From contig NJBF01000098.1 in the NCBI GenBank assembly GCA_003144275.1, positions 1 to 6,028 on the forward strand: a DNA stretch of 6,028 nt, written 5' to 3'. The notes beneath the pieces are model-generated. The model did no database searches. It saw only the letters and a program-made list of their open reading frames with translations, and was not told the DNA's origin. The DNA comes from Candidatus Heimdallarchaeota archaeon B3_Heim (lineage in GTDB: Archaea; Asgardarchaeota; Heimdallarchaeia; Hodarchaeales; Hodarchaeaceae). Of this stretch, positions 1 to 5,585 are shown piece by piece (the stretch's first letter is position 1; each line of letters starts with the position of its first letter). The position numbers and the translations under genes were made by a program.

Positions 1-2
1 AG

Positions 3-236
3 TCACTGATGAGAGCCCTCACTACTGACAAAGAAAGTCGTGTGCGATGGAGGGCAGCATTTGCACTTGGAAGTATCGGAAGTGAGAAGGCGGTTGAGCC
101 ACTCAAGCGGGCTTTAAAAGACGAGAACAAATCGTTTTTGGGAAAAGTGAACGACAGAGCATTCTCATCCCTTGAGGAAATCAGCAAGAGAATAAAGAAG
201 AGAATTGCTTTAGACGCGACGCAAGATTCCTTCTGA
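3..236 (+). CDS. HEAT-repeat (PBS lyase HEAT-like) protein, C-terminal part; 5' end lies outside the window
   Basis: The frame is open from position 3 (SLMRAL...), so the ATG at 9 is probably internal. The translation SLMRALTTDKESRVRWRAAFALGSIGSEKAVEPLKRALKDE matches the HEAT/PBS-lyase repeat pattern L..AL..D....VR..AA.ALG.IG...AVEPL..AL.DE. Stop is TGA at 234-236. Confidence 0.85.
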   Translation, partial: SLMRALTTDKESRVRWRAAFALGSIGSEKAVEPLKRALKDENKSFLGKVNDRAFSSLEEISKRIKKRIALDATQDSF

Positions 237-1085
237 AAAAATGTCGCTGACACAAACCAGCTGCCTCCACGAGTGCGGATGCACACGTTCCCATCCCCAG
301 ATTAAGCACATTTGAGTTTTTCCCTGTGCCCCAGAGATAATCACCTTTAGAATTTCAGAACTTCTATAGTCACCAAATGCAGTGGTGAGCAGGTACTTCG
401 CAACGGCGGTATGATAGGATTGTATTCGCTGATACGGTTCTCGACTTTGGATTATTTTAGGAAAAGTCAGGACTTCTTGTTTGTGTGGTCTATCTTTCGC
501 TTTAATGAATTGTTCGATCTCTTTCCTTGTACCCGAATGTGACGGGGCATTTCACTTTTTCGAGAATGTTTGCATCGTTTCTTTAAGTCTCTCAAAATGT
601 TCAAAGCAGCCTCCATCGTTGGCTGACTGACAGTATTGCCCCACATTCTTCTTTATCATAGCCCAATGATATTTGGTGTAATAACTATAACATTCCCACA
701 CAAATTCCTTATTGATTGGACTCTTTTCTACCAGCGGTGCCCTTTTCTTGAAAGAACTCCAAGCTGCACTCCGGGCTTTACCTATGCCGCTACTCTGATT
801 TTGGTGATCCTTATATATAGTTTCCTTATCCTTCATTATGGAGTCACTGCTCCGGATCACGAGAAATTCATTTATAGTGTGAAGCTTATTGGCATATCTA
901 CTTAATTTTACGTGGCTGGGTGTATGAACAAAAGGGTAACAACTACGATGACGCTTTGCACCATTAGCCAAAACCATTCACAGCCCTTGGCTAAAGACAA
1001 ATAGGCTTTGACTAGCAGTCCACGTGGCGATAATAGTCTTCACTTGGCTACCATAATCCCTTTTTCTAATTGCAATCTGGCCTAT
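210..1085. pseudogene. Probable decayed coding region, strand and product unresolved (includes track ORFs 552-977 - and 636-905 +)
   Basis: One minus-strand frame runs 1085 to 210 (292 codons) with only two internal stops, both TGA (978-980 and 552-554). The complementary plus frame runs ATG 411 to TAA 905 with only two internal TGA (540-542, 624-626). The minus translation is Leu-poor and His/Tyr/Gln/Cys-rich, which is typical of an antisense shadow. The plus translation is hydrophobic (FTYAATLILVILIYSFLILHYGV). Confidence 0.3.
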
Positions 1086-1262
1086 CTATCGTACAGGAAA
1101 TCTTTCGAGGGGTTAGGTTATCCGTTTTTTTCTCCATGATTATCATAGATGGCAGGTACGGAATCATGCAACCGCTAATCGGCTAGTTGAACTAATCTTT
1201 AGAGTCTTATTTAGTTAATCTATGGCGTGAATTGAACATGAATCTCACTTTGACCAATCTCC

Positions 1263-1282
1263 ATTTCTTGCATACAAGAAAT
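1263..1282. promoter_or_regulatory. Perfect inverted repeat, possible operator
   Basis: ATTTCTTG-cata-CAAGAAAT has 8-bp arms and a 4-nt spacer. It ends 15 nt upstream of a sigma70-like -35 box at 1298. Confidence 0.25.
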
Positions 1283-1297
1283 TAAACATAAATCTAA

Positions 1298-1326
1298 TTG
1301 ACGCGTAGAATGATTAACTATTTAAT
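1298..1326 (+). promoter_or_regulatory. Sigma70-like promoter candidate
   Basis: TTGACG (1298-1303), a 17-nt spacer, then TTTAAT (1321-1326). Each box matches consensus at 5/6 and the spacing is optimal. The context is AT-rich, so a chance match is possible. Confidence 0.35.
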
Positions 1327-1348
1327 TTTAGGGTAGTACTGAAAAAGC

Positions 1349-1690
1349 CTAAAAATGAATAATAAAGGCAATTTCGAAAATTATTGTTTTTTTTGGATTT
1401 TTGGGTCTAGATTTTTGGGATTTGAGATTAGAAAAATCTCTATAATCCGGCTGGCAAAAGCTATGTGATCTCTTATTTTTTGAATTAACTTCATTATCAA
1501 TCATCTTATCCCGGTAATAGCTTAGCGCGTACCTTCCTTTTACTTTATGTCTACTTTTTGATTTCGGCCTTCTGTCTTTGTTCAGGAAACTCTGGTAGGT
1601 ATTAGCTCTTCTATTGATTTCTTTCCTTGGGAGAACATGGGTAGTTACGAATACGCTAATTGTCTTAGTTTGTTTGTGAAGACAGTCCAT
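1349..1690 (-). CDS. Doubtful hypothetical ORF (113 aa)
   Basis: Open frame from the ORF track with no recognisable motif and a K/R/S/N-rich, low-complexity composition. AGGAG sits only 1 nt from the ATG, too close for a normal ribosome-binding site. Confidence 0.2.
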   Translation of the reverse strand: MDCLHKQTKTISVFVTTHVLPRKEINRRANTYQSFLNKDRRPKSKSRHKVKGRYALSYYRDKMIDNEVNSKNKRSHSFCQPDYRDFSNLKSQKSRPKNPKKTIIFEIAFIIHF

Positions 1691-1792
1691 TCTCCTGCCG
1701 CTGCCGCAAACAACAGGAGAGGGATTAGAGGACTTTCCGCAAAGGACAGATTAAACTCTGTTCTGAAGAAATCAAAAAATCAAGATTAGCAA

Positions 1793-1827
1793 AAACCAAA
1801 ATGGCCCAGCGTTGGGCTTTTTGGTTT
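1793..1827. terminator. Long hairpin, possible bidirectional intrinsic terminator
   Basis: The inner stem is GCCCA-gcgt-TGGGC (1804-1817) and the outer stem is AAACCAAAA/TTTTGGTTT (1793-1801/1819-1827). T-runs follow the GC stem on both strands: TTTTT at 1818-1822 on +, and TTTTGGTTTTT on -. Confidence 0.5.
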
Positions 1828-1886
1828 GTGAAGTTGTTTAGAAGGAAAGGGAGAAAATTTGCCCTTTTGGGAAAAGTCATCCCCGT

Positions 1887-1916
1887 TGGCTGCGTCTATG
1901 CGACGACGTTAGAACC
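1887..1916 (-). other. Possible att-site remnant resembling a tRNA 3' end and a recombinase C-terminal tail
   Basis: The minus strand reads GGTTCTAACGTCGTCGCATAGACGCAGCCA, which begins like a T-arm (GGTTCGAA) and ends in ...GCAG-CCA, but is too long for a real tRNA 3' end. The plus strand encodes WLRLCDDVRT, similar to the W-x4-D-x-VRT tails I recall from recombinases that overlap tRNA att sites. No tRNA body or recombinase is present. Confidence 0.3.
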
Positions 1917-2077
1917 GGTTCAATGACAATATAGTTTTACCTTGCTCTATCGCCCATTATTTTCTCTTTAATTACCAACAAAACTGGCATTCGGACATGG
2001 CGAACTGAATTTTTTTGCGGAGCTACAAAACCAAAGGGTGGGGGTGGGGTCAGACTTCCTACGCATACAAACTCTTA

Positions 2078-2965
2078 CTACCAAGAAAGTTTGTTAATTC
2101 GTTGCCCTAGTGCTTCAGAGATCTCGAGGAATTTTTCTAGTGAACCGTTAAACATACCAACTTGTAGGGGAGGCCATCTTCCTCCTTTTCTCTTAGCTTC
2201 TTCTACTACCTGACTAAATGGGCTTTCCCCCATACCACGACCATGTTTCCATCCAAATCTACCTATTGGTCCCCAATTACGTCCTGTTGCATCCGCATAA
2301 ACAAGTGCGGAATAAACTTCAAAGTCATCAAACAGTCGTTCATAACTCTTACCAACAAAAAGAAGATCTTCAAGAACAGGTTCCAAGATTTGAAAGAGAT
2401 GTTCACTGCGCGGAACATATTTCTTCTCCTGACCAGGTATCCACTTAAATGCATCATTTATATCAGAAAGGTTTGAAGCAACCGTGACAACGATAGGAAG
2501 ATGTTCTTTTTCTACTGAAGATTTTTGTACAGGAGTTGTTAATATTACTTTTAATGCATCATACTTCCCAGCGGATAGCGCTGCGATTCCGGCTGAATAC
2601 ATAAGAATTTGAACTGGATACCAGTCAAAATTGAGCCAAAGAACCGTACCCGCTGACCCTTTATCTGTCTCCGCTAGACGACTGAAAACTTTCTCCAAGA
2701 GAGACAACTGTTCTTGTTCTCCCCATCTCGAGAGAAGAATGACAATCTGTTGAAGCTCTTCCACGGCCCCCTCATACTTCTGTATCCGCTCCAAAAAATC
2801 TTCTTTCTGCACATTTACGCCCTGGACAGGAAAGTGCTCAAGGTCGGTTGCGGTAAGAAACGCCTTTATGTGCATTGTAACATAATCATCAAGTCTGATC
2901 CTATTTTTAGGATCTGAGAGCAACTCTTTCATTTCTTCGATGACTGTTGTTTTAGGATTTGTCAT
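2078..2965 (-). CDS. Conserved hypothetical protein (295 aa); stand-alone version of a helical domain usually found C-terminal to defence effectors (caspase/peptidase C14, SIR2-like and others)
   Basis: Long ORF with normal composition, ending TAG-TAA. The motifs KELLSDPKNRIRLDD, WYPVQILMYSAGIAAL, PGQEKKYVPRSEHLF, FDDFEVYSALVYAD, WGPIGRFGWK and WPPLQVGMFNG match, from memory, that C-terminal domain. CDS confidence is high; the family assignment needs an HMM check. Confidence 0.85.
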   Translation of the reverse strand: MTNPKTTVIEEMKELLSDPKNRIRLDDYVTMHIKAFLTATDLEHFPVQGVNVQKEDFLERIQKYEGAVEELQQIVILLSRWGEQEQLSLLEKVFSRLAETDKGSAGTVLWLNFDWYPVQILMYSAGIAALSAGKYDALKVILTTPVQKSSVEKEHLPIVVTVASNLSDINDAFKWIPGQEKKYVPRSEHLFQILEPVLEDLLFVGKSYERLFDDFEVYSALVYADATGRNWGPIGRFGWKHGRGMGESPFSQVVEEAKRKGGRWPPLQVGMFNGSLEKFLEISEALGQRINKLSW

Positions 2966-2983
2966 AAAAGGGTATTGGTAGGC

Positions 2984-4147
2984 TCATAATTTTTGTGTAT
3001 ATCTTTGAATAATTTCTTGTCCTCTTTGTATTAGATCAGTATATGTTAAGACCTCGATTCCATGCAAAGAATAGTTGAGTTTTCTCAGGGCCTCTTTCCT
3101 TGTCTCATTCCATCCTTCTTTTGTACCAACGACAATAAAGGCACGTGGTTTTATTACGAATACATCCCAACCATATTCTCTCTTGATCGCCCTACTTAAT
3201 TCTAACTGTAGCCGTTCTATATCGTTAAGATAATTTACCACTTGCCCAATGGCTTTATTGGTCTCGCCACACCATCTATAAGAGCCCGGTCGAGAACTAT
3301 CTTCAATTACTACATCATTTGACGGCAACTTAATTTCAAGGATATCTAAGAAACCATTGATAGTAGGAAATAAGTAGTCTGGCATACTGCCGGATAAATT
3401 TATCTTTTGTTTCTCTATGGGTTGCTGATATTGGACTCCCAAAAGCCAATTATTTTTATAGATCCAACTTTGCCATGAATTTTTTCCTCTTGTCTCGGCG
3501 TATTGCTTAGTTGACTTGAGGCGCTCCTCAAGCTCTTTTATTCTGCTTTGGAAAAGAGCGATATTGGAGCTCTTTTGCAGTTCTTCCAGTTGCTCTATTT
3601 CAGACTTTAAGATTCTTTTCTGCTCTCTTAATCCCTTAACAGTCTCTGTTGTTTGCTGGAATAAAATTTTCTTGTTTTTGGTTTTTTTTGACAGGTCCTG
3701 CAATACTTGGAGGAAATTCTTGTCAACTTTTTTCAGCTGGCTTTCCGTAACTCTCCCCTTGTCATAATCAAATTCCTTTGGGAATCGCGAATTGAGAAAT
3801 AAATTGGCTGAATCCAAACCTGTCTCTCGATAAAAAACATAGAATTTGGCCTGCGTAACTTTTCGATAATCCTCAAAGTTGATACGGAATTCATTTTTTG
3901 TTCTTTTAGTCTCGCCATCGGAAAAAATAATCTTTGCCTTACCGTTTTTGGTTTTAATTACCTGGATTAGGTGCTTGAAGCCGCGCAGGGCCCTTCCGTT
4001 TTTGAATAAGTCCAAAAGATTTCCATCGCGGGTTTTTTGTTTGGTTAAAGATTGTTCGAGTCCTTTAGTAAGAAAAACCTCAACGCCGTTGAGTTTCCCC
4101 AGTGCCCTTGGGTTAACAACTTTAATTTTGACTAAATTATTCTTCAT
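2984..4147 (-). CDS. sduA: Shedu anti-phage nuclease SduA (DUF4263, PD-(D/E)XK) with a variable N-terminal domain and coiled coil
   Basis: The C-terminal half carries Shedu/DUF4263 hallmarks: WQSWIYKNNWLLGVQY (W225), PD257YLF, ILE271IK273LP, AIGQ302VVNY, KPRAFIVVG, and LRKLNYSLHGIEVLTYTDLIQRG. A heptad-like stretch at about residues 165-212 (LREQKRILKSEIEQLEELQ...IKELEERL) precedes the nuclease domain. Confidence 0.9.
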   Translation of the reverse strand: MKNNLVKIKVVNPRALGKLNGVEVFLTKGLEQSLTKQKTRDGNLLDLFKNGRALRGFKHLIQVIKTKNGKAKIIFSDGETKRTKNEFRINFEDYRKVTQAKFYVFYRETGLDSANLFLNSRFPKEFDYDKGRVTESQLKKVDKNFLQVLQDLSKKTKNKKILFQQTTETVKGLREQKRILKSEIEQLEELQKSSNIALFQSRIKELEERLKSTKQYAETRGKNSWQSWIYKNNWLLGVQYQQPIEKQKINLSGSMPDYLFPTINGFLDILEIKLPSNDVVIEDSSRPGSYRWCGETNKAIGQVVNYLNDIERLQLELSRAIKREYGWDVFVIKPRAFIVVGTKEGWNETRKEALRKLNYSLHGIEVLTYTDLIQRGQEIIQRYTQKL

Positions 4148-4240
4148 GTTTTGTGATTGAAAGAACTTTCAACAATCTTAATCTCCTCCGGCGTGAGACC
4201 GTAGAGTTTATAAACCAATTAGTCAGTCTGTTTCAAATTG
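4144..4240 (-). pseudogene. Degenerate 3' end of a type IIG / Eco57I-like restriction-modification gene
   Basis: The minus strand reads ...QFETD, then a frameshift, then D*LVYKLYGLTPEEIKIVESSFNHKT*. This is the characteristic 'ID.LVY.LYGLT.EEI.IVE' terminus of type IIG RM proteins. It contains an in-frame TAA at 4219-4221. Its TGA (4144-4146) overlaps the sduA ATG (4145-4147) as ATGA. Confidence 0.72.
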
Positions 4241-4288
4241 ACTAGTCTATGGCCAAGTCCTTCTTGCTCGCCTGACCTGCCCCCATTA

Positions 4289-4316
4289 ATAGTACCACTT
4301 GTTAAGTTAGAGTCAA
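4289..4316 (-). promoter_or_regulatory. Sigma70-like promoter candidate pointing into the RM remnant and sduA
   Basis: The minus strand reads TTGACT (4316-4311), a 16-nt spacer ending TGG, then TACTAT (4294-4289). This gives an extended -10 (TGn-TAnnnT) about 140 nt upstream of the sduA ATG. Confidence 0.4.
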
Positions 4317-4863
4317 CTGAACGATGGCCTCCGGAGCAGGTGGTCCATTGGAATTCGTTGACTGGAATAGCTTAATCAATTGGCTTGATACGTTTTACGG
4401 CGAATAATTGTACCGTATCTTAGATTAAATAGCAGTATAATCGAAAAATCATGATGCCGCTTGACACTCGACTATATGTTTATTCATCTGATGCAGATCG
4501 TGGAAGATGACCTCATAGCGGAAAATGAAGATGTGTGACAGGAACTGCCAGAAGCATGGAAGGAAGTAGACTAATCTCTAATTCTACGCTTTAAATGTGC
4601 AGTATGACAACCTTGGTCGTTGGGTCACATCCTCAATTAATTCCGGCATAGCTTAAATTATTAGCTTTTATGGAAGAGCACTTCAATTTCTAATATTCAG
4701 GGGCTGAACACTTCGAGTGTCCTTTAGCCATCCTTGTTAGCTATCTTCATATGGGGGTCAAAGGACTAGTTCTTCATCCGAGGCGGAATGAGGAACACAA
4801 AGTCAGAACGATTGGGCCAAAGAACGTCCCAGAAGTGTGCATTCTCAAAGACCAATTTTCATT

Positions 4864-4879
4864 CTGTTGACATCAACAG
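4864..4879. promoter_or_regulatory. Inverted repeat, possible operator
   Basis: CTGTTGA-ca-TCAACAG has 7-bp perfect arms and a 2-nt centre, and contains TTGACA (4867-4872). No well-spaced -10 box is present. Confidence 0.2.
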
Positions 4880-4976
4880 GATTTAATTTAATGTCTGAGA
4901 GGTAAAAAGAGAGTATCTCGAGGGTTTGTAGGAGATAGCGAAACTCACACGCATATTCGCTAGTGAAAGTATTTTT

Positions 4977-5522
4977 TCATTGTTGGCTATCATTGCCCCC
5001 TTCTTTTTTCCGCGAATTTTTTTTCATTTTTTGCCGCACTAAATCTTCAATAAGTTCTCGTTCGTATTTTGAAATTTCCTTCTTTCGAACCAATCCTATT
5101 ACGGCTATAGTATACGCAATCAACAACCCGAATATGACTGGATAAGTAACTGATATGATAAATCTGATCGTCTCGATATCTTTTTTCATATTTGCCATTG
5201 CGACTGCTGCCTCCGGATTCTCCGTCAGCAGCTTACGTATATCTTCAAGGCCTCTTTCAACTTTTTTTATCCTTCGTGCTAACACTATATCTTCAGAGCT
5301 ACCGTCTTTTGATACCTCAAGCGCTTTGGTGCTAACTATGGAAGGCTCTACTTGATTGTCATTGGCATAAGCCTCAACTATCAAAGATTCGTTTCTTCCC
5401 ACTTTACATTGGAACATCTCTACTAATAGAGCAGGGGAAAAAAGGAGGATTGTGGATGTCAGCAAAGTAAACATGCAAATAGCAATTCCAGTAGGTTTAA
5501 ATATGATCCTAGGTGAATTCAT
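4977..5522 (-). CDS. Hypothetical membrane protein (181 aa) with two hydrophobic segments flanking a coiled-coil region
   Basis: Hydrophobic stretches GIAICMFTLLTSTILLFSPALLV and FIISVTYPVIFGLLIAYTIAVIGLV, the second followed by basic RKK (positive-inside). A helical segment lies between them (ARRIKKVERGLEDIRKLL...MKKDIETIR). The gene starts 63 nt after the TPR stop on the same strand. Confidence 0.8.
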   Translation of the reverse strand: MNSPRIIFKPTGIAICMFTLLTSTILLFSPALLVEMFQCKVGRNESLIVEAYANDNQVEPSIVSTKALEVSKDGSSEDIVLARRIKKVERGLEDIRKLLTENPEAAVAMANMKKDIETIRFIISVTYPVIFGLLIAYTIAVIGLVRKKEISKYERELIEDLVRQKMKKNSRKKEGGNDSQQ

Positions 5523-5585
5523 ATCAATTTTTTCTCATTGGGAAGTCGACTTTTAGCTCAATTAATAATAATGTGCAGTTAGTAG

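Noticed and set aside
517-564. LEKVKCPVTFGYKERD on the minus strand, resembling the acid-residue motif of alpha/beta hydrolases
   Set aside because: The frame is riddled with stops, no G-x-S-x-G motif is present, and the nearest candidate His is 44 residues away.
552-977. IS1-like transposase or GT2 glycosyltransferase resemblance in the 141-aa ORF (TMQTFSKK; SGIGKARSAAW)
   Set aside because: Catalytic DDE and DxD residues are missing and there are no terminal inverted repeats. The composition suggests an antisense shadow.
964-994. Inverted repeat TTAGCCAA-15 nt-TTGGCTAA
   Set aside because: The stem is AT-rich with a large loop, there is no U-tract, and it has no clear relation to a gene boundary.
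1884-1914. Integron attC site (TTCTAAC...GCATAGACGCAGCC resembles a left arm; GTTAGAA resembles a core site)
   Set aside because: No complementary second arm ending in GTTRRRY is found at a suitable distance, and there are no other attC copies or integrase.
2036-2050. G-rich run GGGTGGGGGTGGGG as a G-quadruplex
   Set aside because: There are only three clear G-tracts in a single occurrence, with no functional context.
2966-2986. Selenocysteine insertion at the sduA/ORF2 UGA
   Set aside because: No SECIS-like hairpin follows the UGA (GCCUACCAAUACCCUUUUAUG), and neither protein is a redox enzyme.
2218-4160. Track ORFs 2218-2448, 2243-2476, 2263-2457, 2714-2917, 3516-3767, 3733-3918 and 3879-4160
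   Set aside because: All overlap the two well-supported defence genes in antisense or alternative frames and have shadow-like composition.
4477-4573. Acidic peptide MFIHLMQIVEDDLIAENEDV*QELPEAWKEVD* on the + strand, faintly antitoxin-like
   Set aside because: It is very short, interrupted by a stop, has no toxin partner and matches no family motif I can name.
4690-4745. Three consecutive small hairpins as a riboswitch or sRNA
   Set aside because: The stems are only 5-6 bp, match no riboswitch consensus I know, and have no adjacent downstream gene.
210-4979. Genome-wide UGA recoding (code 4 or 25), suggested by repeated in-frame TGA at 552, 978, 2984 and 4977 (the last followed by 43 open codons and three more TGA before a TAA)
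   Set aside because: The five confident CDSs contain roughly 1,080 sense codons with no internal TGA and use GGN for Gly and TGG for Trp. TGA also serves as a coupled stop in ATGA overlaps.
4963-5355. Track ORFs 4963-5145 and 5155-5355 on the + strand
   Set aside because: They are antisense shadows of the 181-aa membrane protein gene.
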